64,000 nucleotides of DNA. It comes from Smithellaceae bacterium. Lineage in GTDB: Bacteria; Desulfobacterota; Syntrophia; Syntrophales; Smithellaceae. The stretch covers positions 2,848,001 through 2,912,000 of the forward strand of contig CAXXVL010000002.1 in assembly GCA_963667845.2 (NCBI GenBank), written 5' to 3'. A model generated the notes under the pieces. The model searched no databases, was not told the DNA's origin, and was given only the letters and a program-made list of their open reading frames with translations. Made by a program: the position numbers and the translations under genes. Positions 1-9,883 of the stretch are shown in pieces (position 1 is the first letter of the stretch; each line of letters begins with the position of its first letter).

Positions 1-202
1 CACGGAAAGACGACAATCATTATGCACGAAAGATGAGAGAAAATATCCGGCCGAACGTTCGGATCACTGAAAATATATAGGGTTATGTATAGCAAGTCAA
101 ACTAATTATTAGCATTCTAGCGCGACGGGGATAAGCGACCCGGTCGAAGTCGGCCGGAAGAGGATAATGATCACGAATATCTCAGATGACCCGGTCACAG
201 AA

Positions 203-3200
203 TTAACAGACGATATGTTCGATTTCCTGAATCAGATGCTGGATCCTTTTGGGCGAAACAGGATAGGGGGTCTTGAGTTCCTGGGCAAAGAGGGACACTT
301 TGTATTCCTCGATCATCCAGTAAAGTTCGTCCACTTTTTGCCTCTTTTCTTCTGATGGAGCGGATGTGGTACGACTTGTTATATCCTGGAGTTGATTTGT
401 ATAAACGGCGACGTCCCGCAATTTGTTTTCCATGGCCGACAGGTTCAGCGTACCGCGCTCAGCCCGTATCGCGACCGCCTTGATATAGCGTGGTAAGTTG
501 CGCAAACGATCAAAGGAATAAAGGACGGGAAAATTTACAGGAACGAGTTCGTAGAGTTCCTGATGGCTTCCTTTCAGAAATTGGCTCAAGGAGGTATGAG
601 ATCGGTTTTTTTGCGCAAGCTTTTGCAGCACATCGTGTGTTTCCGTAAAACTTTTGAGGACCGGCGTTATGGCGTCAATGACCTGCTGTCCGTATTGCAG
701 GATCTTTAGAGCGATGGTTTCGGCATGATCCGTAAATTCTTTTGGGCCGCGCCAGGATTGTTGAAACAAATCCCGTTTAACGCGATCGAGGACGGCTTGT
801 TCGATGTGTTTGGGGCTGCCGATATTCGTGGCCCGCTTTTTCAGGTCGCCTCCGAGAATGATATTCTTTTTCAGTTGCCTGAGCTTTTCCGCAAAGAAAA
901 ATTCGTAAAGCATTCCGACGCCCTGGCGATGATTTGCGGAAGCTTCCTGAGGATCGGCAAAAAGACGAAGATTGACGACGCCGTTGACAACATGCAGTGC
1001 AGGATAGGCATAGCCCGTCAATCCGTGTTTTCCCATGAGCTCAATGCTTTCGGGCAACTGTCCAAAATCCCAGCTGGTGACGGATTCACGTTCCCACTGC
1101 CGGCGATAAGCGGCAAGTGAAGTGCGCTCGACTTCCGAGGCAAGATCTCTTTGCAGTTCTGTGATATCACGGCTCGTCTTGATTTCGCATCCGCGATCAT
1201 CGATCACGCTGTAACGGATATTCAAATGGGCCGGCAATTCAGTGTGCGTCCAGAAATCGACCGGCACGGTCAGTTGATATTCGCGGGATAAGAAACCACT
1301 CAAAGCTTGCGGCAATGCCGCATCCTCAAGTCCGCTCTGCCGGCCGAATGATTCCGCTATCTGAATGGCCGGCGGCAGCTTTTGCCTCGCCTGCTTTGGC
1401 AGAGATTTCAGCATATGCACCGTTTTCTCATGCAGCAGGGACGGCAGATGCCGCTCCATATTTAGAGAAGCGGCCTTGGAGACCATACCGAGAGGTACTT
1501 GAACCGTAACGCCGTCCGCGGCTTGACCGGGTTCAAACCGATACCGGCAGGCAAGCGAAGCCGCACCGATTTTTATATGATCAGGATATTGCTGCAATTC
1601 CTCCGGATCGGGCTCGTGGTCGATGAAGTCTTCTTCGCAAAACCGGAGGAAATCATCGCCTCCTCTGTCCTTAATCAACTTCTGTAGGGATCGGATATCC
1701 GAAAGCTCGGGAAGCCTCTGCTCATAAAGCCCGGCGATCGTTTCTTCATCCACGGCAATGCCGCGCTTGCGCAGCTTATCCTCCACGGACTTTGTCTTCT
1801 CCCATAAAGCTAAGTTGTGCTCGAGAAAGGGGAGCTTTCGTGCAACTTCGCCGGTGACCAGCGCCTCGCGGATGAATATTTTTTTGGCTTCCTCCGGATT
1901 GATCCGGTCATACTGAACCGTCCTCTGATCAACAATCGTCAACCCGAATAAGATGACTTTCTCCAGGGCAACGACCTGGCCGCGGTTCTTCTCCCAGTGT
2001 GCCGCCCAGTGTATATACCGGCAATGCTCCCGGCCCAGCTCTTCGAGCCATTCGCTCTTGATATTGGCCGCGTTGCGTGCAAAAACCCGGGACGTCAGGC
2101 TGATGTCCGCAGCGACGATCCACGGTCCGCCCCGGTTGAAAAGGCCGGAGCCGGGAAACAACATGACCTCGCGGCTTTTTGCAGCGGTGTAGAAATTCTT
2201 CTCTTTCTTCTGGGCAATGTTGGACAGGTATCCGCTGAGAATACAGCGATGAATTTTGTCGGCGATTGTCTGATCGATGTCGATTTTCGCCTGTTTCCCG
2301 GGGCGTTGTGCAGAATGTCTTCCGCTGATGATTTCCAGAATCTGATGATAAATATCCCGCCATTCCCTCATCCGGCGATACGAAAGAAAATGATCCCGGC
2401 AGAATCTTCTCCATGTGCCCTGCGACTGCATCTTTTCGAGAGATTCGGAATAGTGGTTCCAGATGCGCAGGTAGGTGAGAAAATCCGATTCGGGATGCTG
2501 GAAGAGAGCATGGGCCGCAGCAGCCTGATCGATTTTATCATAGGGACGTTCACGGGGGTCCTGGATGCTGAGCGCTGCGGCAATGACGGCTATTTCATTG
2601 ATGCAGCCCTCTTTCTTCGCTTCAATGATCATCCGTGATATCCGGGGATCCAAGGGAAATTGGGACATGGTCTGTCCGATTTCCGTCAGTTGATAACGTT
2701 CAACCTCTGCTTCAGTCTCGTCGCGGGTGATCGCGCCGAGATCGCGCAGGGTTTCGATGCCGTCGCGGATATTTTTGGGATTTGGGCGGTCAATGAACGG
2801 GAACGAGGTTATCAAACCGAGATTCAGAGTGAGCATGCGGAGAATAACACCGGCCAGATTGGATCGCAGAATCTCCGGTGTCGTATAGAGCGGCCGGTCC
2901 GCGAAATCCTCGCGGGAGTATAGACGGATGCAGATGCCGTTTTGAACGCGGCCGCATCGGCCCTTGCGCTGCTCGGCGCTGCTTCGTGAAACGGGCTTGA
3001 TAGGAAGACCGGTGGTTTGACTTCGGGGATTGTATTCCAGAATCCGGGCGAGGCCCGAATCAATTACATATTTAATGCCTGGAATCGTCAGAGACGTTTC
3101 CGCGATATTGGTGGCAACAATGATTTTCTGTTCGTCCGCGGGGCTGAAAACAAGTCTCTGGGCGCCGCCGGATAGACTGGCGTAAAGGGGCAGGATGAGA

Positions 3201-4201
3201 CCTGACGTTCGTTTTGCCAGGCGTCCGCAGGTTTCGCGAATATCCTGCTCGGTGGGCAGAAAGATCAGGATATCTCCAAAATGTCTTTCCTGCTGCAGCT
3301 TCTCCACACAAAGGACAACTTCATCGACGTATGTGGTTTCGCCTTTTTCCTCTCGGACGGGATCGATCGGATGGTAGCGCACCTCCACCGGGTACATCCT
3401 TCCGGAAACTTCAATCACCGGGGCATCGTCAAATGCCTCCGAGAACTTTGAGGTATCAATCGTTGCGGAAGTGATAATCAGCTTCAGGTCCTTTCGTCGG
3501 GTGAGCAGCGTGCGGAGATACCCGAGGAGAAAGTCGATGTTGAGGCTGCGTTCATGGGCTTCATCCACGATGATCGTATCATAAGCCAGCAAGTCCCTGT
3601 CCCGGACCGTTTCGGCAAGCAGGATGCCGTCCGTCATGACTTTGATAAGCGGTTCCGCCGATGTTTTTTCTTCAAAGCGGATTTTATACGATACGGCCTC
3701 TCCCGAGGATTGACCGATTTCCGCGGCAATGCGCGCAGCAATACTGACGGCGGCGATCCTTCGGGGTTGGGTAAGTCCGATCAGGCCGCGCAGGCCGAGA
3801 CGTGCCGCCAGGCACATCTTGGGGATCTGCGTCGTTTTGCCCGATCCGGTTTCGCCGGTTATGATGACCACCTGATTCCTGCAGATGGTATCGATGATCA
3901 AGTCACGTTTTGCCGTGATGGGAAGTTCGGGAGAAAAGCGAATGTCCGGGACCTTTCGCTTTCGATTCTCCAAACGGCTGCGGGAAACCGCAAACCTCTT
4001 CTGCAGCCTGTCAATATGCTGTGTCAGGTCGTGGTGCGTCACCCTGCGGTTTTCTATGATTTTAATGTCGTGCAGAAGGCGGCGGTAATCGGCGATCATG
4101 ACATCGCCGGCGTGGCGTTCAATATAATGGCCGGTCAGGATTTCCGGATGATTTTTCGACAACATTTTCCTCCCTTGTCTCGCATATGCCCTATATTTCA
4201 T
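203..4201 (-). CDS. hrpA: ATP-dependent RNA helicase HrpA (DEAH-box)
   Basis: 1332 aa; GETGSGKTTQ, DEAHER, SAT, QRKGRCGR motifs; C-terminal WMIEEYKVSLFAQEL typical of HrpA; exact start uncertain. Confidence 0.95.
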   Translation of the reverse strand: MKYRAYARQGRKMLSKNHPEILTGHYIERHAGDVMIADYRRLLHDIKIIENRRVTHHDLTQHIDRLQKRFAVSRSRLENRKRKVPDIRFSPELPITAKRDLIIDTICRNQVVIITGETGSGKTTQIPKMCLAARLGLRGLIGLTQPRRIAAVSIAARIAAEIGQSSGEAVSYKIRFEEKTSAEPLIKVMTDGILLAETVRDRDLLAYDTIIVDEAHERSLNIDFLLGYLRTLLTRRKDLKLIITSATIDTSKFSEAFDDAPVIEVSGRMYPVEVRYHPIDPVREEKGETTYVDEVVLCVEKLQQERHFGDILIFLPTEQDIRETCGRLAKRTSGLILPLYASLSGGAQRLVFSPADEQKIIVATNIAETSLTIPGIKYVIDSGLARILEYNPRSQTTGLPIKPVSRSSAEQRKGRCGRVQNGICIRLYSREDFADRPLYTTPEILRSNLAGVILRMLTLNLGLITSFPFIDRPNPKNIRDGIETLRDLGAITRDETEAEVERYQLTEIGQTMSQFPLDPRISRMIIEAKKEGCINEIAVIAAALSIQDPRERPYDKIDQAAAAHALFQHPESDFLTYLRIWNHYSESLEKMQSQGTWRRFCRDHFLSYRRMREWRDIYHQILEIISGRHSAQRPGKQAKIDIDQTIADKIHRCILSGYLSNIAQKKEKNFYTAAKSREVMLFPGSGLFNRGGPWIVAADISLTSRVFARNAANIKSEWLEELGREHCRYIHWAAHWEKNRGQVVALEKVILFGLTIVDQRTVQYDRINPEEAKKIFIREALVTGEVARKLPFLEHNLALWEKTKSVEDKLRKRGIAVDEETIAGLYEQRLPELSDIRSLQKLIKDRGGDDFLRFCEEDFIDHEPDPEELQQYPDHIKIGAASLACRYRFEPGQAADGVTVQVPLGMVSKAASLNMERHLPSLLHEKTVHMLKSLPKQARQKLPPAIQIAESFGRQSGLEDAALPQALSGFLSREYQLTVPVDFWTHTELPAHLNIRYSVIDDRGCEIKTSRDITELQRDLASEVERTSLAAYRRQWERESVTSWDFGQLPESIELMGKHGLTGYAYPALHVVNGVVNLRLFADPQEASANHRQGVGMLYEFFFAEKLRQLKKNIILGGDLKKRATNIGSPKHIEQAVLDRVKRDLFQQSWRGPKEFTDHAETIALKILQYGQQVIDAITPVLKSFTETHDVLQKLAQKNRSHTSLSQFLKGSHQELYELVPVNFPVLYSFDRLRNLPRYIKAVAIRAERGTLNLSAMENKLRDVAVYTNQLQDITSRTTSAPSEEKRQKVDELYWMIEEYKVSLFAQELKTPYPVSPKRIQHLIQEIEHIVC

Positions 4202-4646
4202 AACCGCCTGTGCGATGTCAATGTCAGAAATGTTTCTTCACCTGAATGGCCGATGGACTTCACTTCAATTCATACATAAACGCAGTGTGTGCCGTATTCA
4301 AGGTTGACGTGATTGCTTTCGATTCCTTTGCGGAAAAACAGGAGGGCCTGCCTGCGAAATTCTTATGATGATTGGCGCAAGCAGTAATTTGCGGCCGATT
4401 CGGCCAAAGATGCCGGCATTATTGCGCACGCGCTGCCCCGGCGGCCGATTGTGAATCATCCTTCAGCGGTCGGGTTCACTCGCGATATGAAAAGGACCTT
4501 CAAGGTATCCGGTATTGCAGGGGCGGGAAGATTCTTTCCGGCAAACGTCGATCTGGAAAGTATTCAGTTGTTGAGGATGGGAAATTTTGGCCTCCGCTAT
4601 GCGGGATAAGCGAAACAAACCGTTTCCTGCCGGACTCGGAGTTTCG

Positions 4647-6218
4647 CTAACGTCTCCACCCGAAATCAATCCGCATATCCCTGGGGGCTTCCATATCGAC
4701 GCTGGTCCCGATCCGTTTCTTTTGTGAAGGCGACAAGTCCAAAAACCAGACAAATTTAGTCGAGTCTTTTTCCGACGGGTCCGGCTGATGTTTGAAGGAT
4801 AGCTTTATTCTTTCGTCGCGGGGCTGCGGAATGGGCTCTTCGATGCGCACCCTGACCGGCGTGCGGCCGGCATTCCGGGCTTCAATGAGCCACTGCCATT
4901 GCCGTGTTTGTTTATTCTGAAAGAATTTAGCAGCGCCCGTTTGATCAGTCATTGTTAAAGAAGTGACAGTCACGAAAGGAGTGCTGCCGAAATAAATATC
5001 CGCCTCGGTTCCGGCAAGGGCGAAGGTCCGCTTACCGATCACAGCTCCGTCGATGACGAACGTCGCCTGCCCGGGAGGTACATCAACAGGCCCGGCCAGT
5101 TTGACCCCTGCTTGAAGAAACGCCTGCGGTGACAAACTCGGGCGGGCCAAAAAAACAAACTGGGCCGGCCATGATTCTTCTTTGATTTTTAAACGCTGTC
5201 GCGGGCCTGCCGTGATCGTTTTCTTGCCCAGCGTCCAGACCGAGTAATTTGTATGGGTCGTTTCGACCGGAGCCGACTCCTCTGCAGTATTATCGGCATC
5301 GGATAGACTGAGCCGGGCCGGAGCTGACTTCTCTCGCCGCGATGATTTGTAAACTTCGGCTGTTCTCGGTTTAATGACCCACTCGGGCAGGTCCTGGGGC
5401 GAGAGGGTCCGCAAAGGCTGCAGCGTGGCAATCCGGATCAGTGCGAGATTCCAGTCGTTGCCCGTGGATTGCCAGATTTCTGCGTCCCAGGAAAAGAGGA
5501 TAGTGTTTGAAGACGGCAGCGCTTCCATCCGATAAAGGGGCAGCCAGCCGCAGCCGCGCAGCATATAGCTATAGTGAAGCATCGCATCCTGGCCTGCAAT
5601 CCCGGATAGAGTAATGGCGGCTTCCCATGCTTTTTCATTCTTTCCGGCAGTCTGGGTGATGTTGTCCTGAAGTTCCTTGATTTGTTTTTCGATCCGTTCC
5701 AGATCGGTTTCGATCGAATTCTTTTCCGTAAGAATTTTGCGGCTGTTTCTGCCGATGGTCGAAGCCAGGGCATCCGCCTCGGCGATCGTTTTCGTTTTTG
5801 CCTTGGTCTGCGCCTGCCAGAACTGAAGTTGAATGTCCAATGCCTGGCTTCGGGCGTGCATCTCCTTTTTTTCATTTCGGGCTTTTTTGAGCTGGCTTCT
5901 TAGTTGGGAGATTCGGTTTTCATCGACGCGCAGGACCTGTTTTATCTGGATATCTTCAATTCGCGGCCGGTTGGCTCCCGACACGGAAACAGCCAGGGAC
6001 TCCGGATCGGTCTGCGGAGGCAAAGAAATAATCACCTGGTTATTGCCGGCGCCTGCGGGGGGAGCACCGATCTTCATGCTTTCTTCTATGCTTGCGGAAT
6101 TGGGAAAAAGTGTAACCTCTTTTACGACGGCTCCGGATACGCCGGGCATAACGGACCAAGAAATGAAAATCATCGCCAGCGCCAACACGAGCGAACACTT
6201 CCGTTTGTTCACTATCAT
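4647..6218 (-). CDS. DUF4140/DUF4139 (MuiA-like) exported protein
   Basis: Signal peptide, VTLFPNSA N-terminus, coiled coil, W.P.Y and QSTGNDW motifs. Confidence 0.8.
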   Translation of the reverse strand: MIVNKRKCSLVLALAMIFISWSVMPGVSGAVVKEVTLFPNSASIEESMKIGAPPAGAGNNQVIISLPPQTDPESLAVSVSGANRPRIEDIQIKQVLRVDENRISQLRSQLKKARNEKKEMHARSQALDIQLQFWQAQTKAKTKTIAEADALASTIGRNSRKILTEKNSIETDLERIEKQIKELQDNITQTAGKNEKAWEAAITLSGIAGQDAMLHYSYMLRGCGWLPLYRMEALPSSNTILFSWDAEIWQSTGNDWNLALIRIATLQPLRTLSPQDLPEWVIKPRTAEVYKSSRREKSAPARLSLSDADNTAEESAPVETTHTNYSVWTLGKKTITAGPRQRLKIKEESWPAQFVFLARPSLSPQAFLQAGVKLAGPVDVPPGQATFVIDGAVIGKRTFALAGTEADIYFGSTPFVTVTSLTMTDQTGAAKFFQNKQTRQWQWLIEARNAGRTPVRVRIEEPIPQPRDERIKLSFKHQPDPSEKDSTKFVWFLDLSPSQKKRIGTSVDMEAPRDMRIDFGWRR

Positions 6219-6236
6219 ATTCCAGGGTCTCCTTTT

Positions 6237-7562
6237 TTATGGATTCAGGCTCTTTTTTATTTGAACAGCGATTTTTCGCACTTCGTTCATGACGTCAGAT
6301 TCATTGATGGTTAAGAGACGACGGTCTTCCATGACCACTTTGCCATTGATAATGACCGTATCGACATCGGCGCCGCCGGCTGCATAAACCAGATGAGAGT
6401 ATACATTGTAAATCGGTGTTAAATGCGGCTTGTTGAGACCGATCACGATGATGTCCGCTTTTTTCCCGACGTCGAGCGATCCTGTAAGGTGTTCCATGCC
6501 GATAGCTCTGGCGCCGTTCAGAGTCGCCATGCGTACGACGGTTGTTGCGTCCATCACCGTCGGATTGAGGCTCGCGACTTTGTGAAGTTTAGCTGCGGTC
6601 GACATTTCCTTGATCATATCGAGCGTATTGTTGCTGGCGCAGCCATCCGTGCCGAGACCGACGGTAATGCCGGCTGCGATCATGTCCGGAACCGGCGGGA
6701 TCCCGTTGGCCAGCTTCATATTGCTTGCCGGATTGTGAGACACTTTGCAGCCCTTTTCGCCGAGGAGCTTGATTTCCTCGGGTGATAGACAAACACAGTG
6801 AAAGGCCAGCAGCCTTTCATTGAGATAGCCGATGTCATCAAGAAAGGAAATGGCGCTTTTCCCGAATTTTTGCTGCAGCTGTTCGAGCTCCGCTTTGTTC
6901 TCCAGAAGATGAGTGCCGATCATCAGCTGATAATCGTCGGCAATCTCCTTGGCGCCGGCGAGCAGGGCAGGCGAGCAGGTGTAAAGGCTATGCGGTTCAA
7001 CGATAATGTTAATAAGCGGGTCACCCCGCCATTTTTCGGCGAGCCGGCGCGTGTAGGCAAAACCTTCGTCCGGCGTTTTGCAACTGGGGGAAGGGAAATC
7101 AAAGAGGACTTCGCCGATGAGACAACGCACGCCGGCCTCTTTTGCCGCCCGGGCGGTTTCCTCTTCAAAGATGTACATGTCGCAAAAGGTTGTTGTTCCG
7201 GATTTGATCATTTCGGCGCAGGCCAGCAGTGATCCCCAGTAAGCGAGGTGAGGGTTGACGTTTTTCGCTTCGGCGGGGAAAATATAGTTGTTGAGCCAAT
7301 CCATCAGCTCCCGATCGTCAGCGATCCCGCGAAAACAGGTCATGGCCGCGTGCGTATGCGTGTTGACGAAGCCAGGCATCACCAGTGAGCCGTCGGCGGT
7401 GATTATTTTCTTTGCGGTATATTTCTGGAGAATGGCTTCTTTGGGGCCAATATCAATAATGGAAGAGGCGTTGATGGCGATGCCGGCATTTTCCAGGCAC
7501 GTGTTATTATTATCCATGAGCAGGGCAGTCCCGCCGGAGACGATGAGATCGATTTGGTGCAT
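6237..7562 (-). CDS. mtaD: Amidohydrolase, 5-methylthioadenosine/S-adenosylhomocysteine deaminase-like
   Basis: PGFVNTHTH, EMIKSGTTTF, HNPASNMKL, GTDGCASNN motifs; substrate is inferred. Confidence 0.75.
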   Translation of the reverse strand: MHQIDLIVSGGTALLMDNNNTCLENAGIAINASSIIDIGPKEAILQKYTAKKIITADGSLVMPGFVNTHTHAAMTCFRGIADDRELMDWLNNYIFPAEAKNVNPHLAYWGSLLACAEMIKSGTTTFCDMYIFEEETARAAKEAGVRCLIGEVLFDFPSPSCKTPDEGFAYTRRLAEKWRGDPLINIIVEPHSLYTCSPALLAGAKEIADDYQLMIGTHLLENKAELEQLQQKFGKSAISFLDDIGYLNERLLAFHCVCLSPEEIKLLGEKGCKVSHNPASNMKLANGIPPVPDMIAAGITVGLGTDGCASNNTLDMIKEMSTAAKLHKVASLNPTVMDATTVVRMATLNGARAIGMEHLTGSLDVGKKADIIVIGLNKPHLTPIYNVYSHLVYAAGGADVDTVIINGKVVMEDRRLLTINESDVMNEVRKIAVQIKKSLNP

Positions 7563-7672
7563 GTGTTGATCCTTTCTGAGAGATGCAGATGCTTATCATA
7601 AAATTCTGACATTCTTCAAGAAACAAAAAGAAATTCTTTTCCCGGGAAACGCCGCCGACGGTGATCAAATCC

Positions 7673-7701
7673 TTGACACGCCAAACTAAAAATAATATAA
7701 G
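7673..7701 (+). promoter_or_regulatory. sigma70-type promoter of tRNA-Leu
   Basis: TTGACA-17 bp-TATAAG, 32 bp upstream of the tRNA. Confidence 0.7.
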
Positions 7702-7733
7702 CCGAAAAGTTTCTTTCGTGATTCAGCGGGTTG

Positions 7734-7821
7734 GCCTGGGTGGCGGAACTGGTAGACGCAAGGGACTTAAAATCCCTCGTTGTTTGACAACGTGTCGGTT
7801 CGATTCCGACCCCAGGTACCA
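7734..7821 (+). tRNA. tRNA-Leu (anticodon TAA)
   Basis: Acceptor GCCTGGG/CCCAGGT, D-arm with GG, anticodon stem AGGGA/TCCCT with CTTAAAA loop, long variable arm, GTTCGA T-loop, encoded CCA. Confidence 0.97.
7761..7821 (+). repeat. attL core (3' 61 bp of tRNA-Leu)
   Basis: Identical to 37575-37635. Confidence 0.95.
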
Positions 7822-7827
7822 GTTATT

Positions 7828-7870
7828 AAAGGGCTTATGCAGTTCATGTGGACTGATGGGCCCTTTGTTT
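7828..7870 (+). terminator. Intrinsic terminator after tRNA (supplied by the element)
   Basis: AAAGGGCTTAT..CAGTTC / GGACTG.ATGGGCCCTTT hairpin followed by T-rich tract. Confidence 0.65.
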
Positions 7871-7889
7871 GTTTCCGCGAGCGGTCATT

Positions 7890-7910
7890 TTGTCCCCACT
7901 CTGTCCCCAC
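7890..7910 (+). repeat. Putative integrase arm-type site (tandem TGTCCCCAC), left end
   Basis: TTGTCCCCACTCTGTCCCCAC identical to 37438-37458. Confidence 0.8.
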
Positions 7911-8107
7911 TATTTTTAAATACCCATGATCGGTTGGCTGTGTCACCTTAGTACCGCGTTACCTCCGCTAGAGGTACGGCCTTAACGGTCAAGCGGGATT
8001 GCGCGCAGGCCTTGTGGGGAGGCCCCGCGCCCCGCGAGTTTTGACCTGGCCTAGCCTCCGCAGGATAACGCTCAATGTAGACTGCATCACATCAGCCTGC
8101 CTGGGGG

Positions 8108-8298
8108 AAAAGAATGCTTCCCGGCAAGGCACCCGGGAGGCTTGAATTTTAAACGTGTGGGGGTATAGAGTCTCTTGTATCCCTTCCATGTACGCATTAC
8201 GCGCCTCAAAAAATTTCTTCTTGGCAGACCCCACCCCATCGTCCATAAGTTAAGTTTAATACACAAAACGACTTGCCGGAATTTCAAAAAAATAAAAA
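8108..8298 (+). repeat. Diverged ~190-bp direct repeat, copy A
   Basis: Collinear blocks AAAAGAATGCTT, TATCCCTTCCAT, GCATTAC, AGACCCCACCC, TTAAGTTT, AATTTCAAAAAAA shared with 10922-11114. Confidence 0.75.
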
Positions 8299-8542
8299 AG
8301 CAATACCAAACTGGATTGTAAACAAGCTGAGTCAGTAAACAGGCGGGGTGCGCAATGATTGATGCTTTCAGGTGGTGAGGGAAATATATTCGTATCTCCA
8401 GGGCAACGGCGCGGGAAATCAAAGCAAGGTTCGCCGTCAGGTATGGAAGAGAAAAGCCTACAACAAGATAATGTTTTAAATAAATATTAAAGCATAATAA
8501 TGGTTTGCCGCTAGATATTGTGGTACATTAAATCAAAAAGAA

Positions 8543-9883
8543 ATGCTAAAAATGAAAAAAATAATTTCTGCGCTTTCCATGATGCTTTTTTTACAAGTTG
8601 CACTGGCATGTCTGAATACAAGCACAATAGCTGCTAATGCTGGCATGGATCAGAAGCCTCTTCTGGCACCATCTTCAACAGCACAGAAATTGTATTCTTC
8701 CGCCAAAAATGATCTTTTGCAATTGCGAGTCCTGATCAGGAGTGGACGCGTCCAGAAGTCTGTAGGATCAGGGTTCCTGATTGGTACCAGCAATTTGGTT
8801 GTAACCAACTATCATGTAGTTTCAGAAATTGCTTTAGAGCCGGATATCTACATTGGCGAATTTGTAGACACCCATAACGAGAGGGGTCCGGTGGAACTGC
8901 TTGCGGTAGATGTTCTACACGACCTGGCAGTCGTGCGCATTAGTCGCAAAGGTAATGGTAATTTTAATATTCCAGAAAAACTTACCAGACTTACACAAGG
9001 GCAATATCTATACTCACTCGGCAATCCACTTGACCTGGGATTTGCGATTTCTGAAGGAACTTATAACGGTATCAGCAAGCGTGATTTTTATGAACATTTG
9101 ATGTTCACAGGTCCGATTAATCCGGGTATGAGTGGAGGTCCGTGTATCACAGTTGACGGGCAATTGGCTGGGGTGAATGTATCCAGTGTATCGGGTGGCG
9201 AACTGGCAAGTTTTCTGGTGTCGGCCCGGTATGTACAAGAACTGCTGAAAAAGGTCGATCCACAGCAAAAGGCACCGCAGGAATTCAAGGCAACAGTGGG
9301 ACAGCAGTTGCTGGCACATCAAGTTGTTATGGTGAATCGACTATTTGATAAGCCGCTGACTATCAAGACATTGGGGCCATACCAGGTGCCGGTAAGGGAA
9401 TCAGATCAAATGCGTTGCTGGGGTCAATCCAACGACAAGCAGAATAATCTCTTCACGCTTGACCAAATGACCTGTGCAATGGGATCGTCCATTTACGTTT
9501 CAAACAAGTTGATAACCGGTTGGGTGTCGATAAACCATCAATTTACACGCAGCACTGAACTTGACTCATTGCGTTTTTCTGAGATGGCCAGTAGTTCATT
9601 AAAAAATGTAAAATTCGGCAATCACAAAGATCGAAACCGGACCGGCCCGTTGTGTACCGAACAATTCTTAAATAATAAGAAACTATCCATGCGGGCCGTG
9701 ATTTGTGTGCGTGCCTACCGAAAATTTGAGGAGTTGTATGACTTCAAGGTGTTGACATCCACAACCGATGAAAGTTTGATGAATTTAGAGAGCCGATTGG
9801 ACATCATGGGTGTTTCTTATGAAAACGGGCTGCGCGTCTCACAGATTTTTCTTGAATCAATAGGACGGGAGAAAAAGCCATGA
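8543..9883 (+). CDS. Exported trypsin-like (S1C) serine protease with Cys-containing C-terminal domain
   Basis: Signal peptide; GSGF, TNYHV, DLA, GMSGGP catalytic triad motifs; no PDZ domain recognised. Confidence 0.85.
   Translation: MLKMKKIISALSMMLFLQVALACLNTSTIAANAGMDQKPLLAPSSTAQKLYSSAKNDLLQLRVLIRSGRVQKSVGSGFLIGTSNLVVTNYHVVSEIALEPDIYIGEFVDTHNERGPVELLAVDVLHDLAVVRISRKGNGNFNIPEKLTRLTQGQYLYSLGNPLDLGFAISEGTYNGISKRDFYEHLMFTGPINPGMSGGPCITVDGQLAGVNVSSVSGGELASFLVSARYVQELLKKVDPQQKAPQEFKATVGQQLLAHQVVMVNRLFDKPLTIKTLGPYQVPVRESDQMRCWGQSNDKQNNLFTLDQMTCAMGSSIYVSNKLITGWVSINHQFTRSTELDSLRFSEMASSSLKNVKFGNHKDRNRTGPLCTEQFLNNKKLSMRAVICVRAYRKFEELYDFKVLTSTTDESLMNLESRLDIMGVSYENGLRVSQIFLESIGREKKP

Noticed and set aside
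725..4279. Many antisense or overlapping ORFs (e.g. 1997-2638, 3554-4279; likewise 39011-39874, 40690-41379, 42882-43571, 62904-63602)
   Set aside because: Shadow frames of well-supported genes with no recognisable motifs.
7661..8422. Short ORFs over the tRNA and left island end
   Set aside because: They overlap the tRNA, att, hairpin and repeat elements and lack protein-like features.
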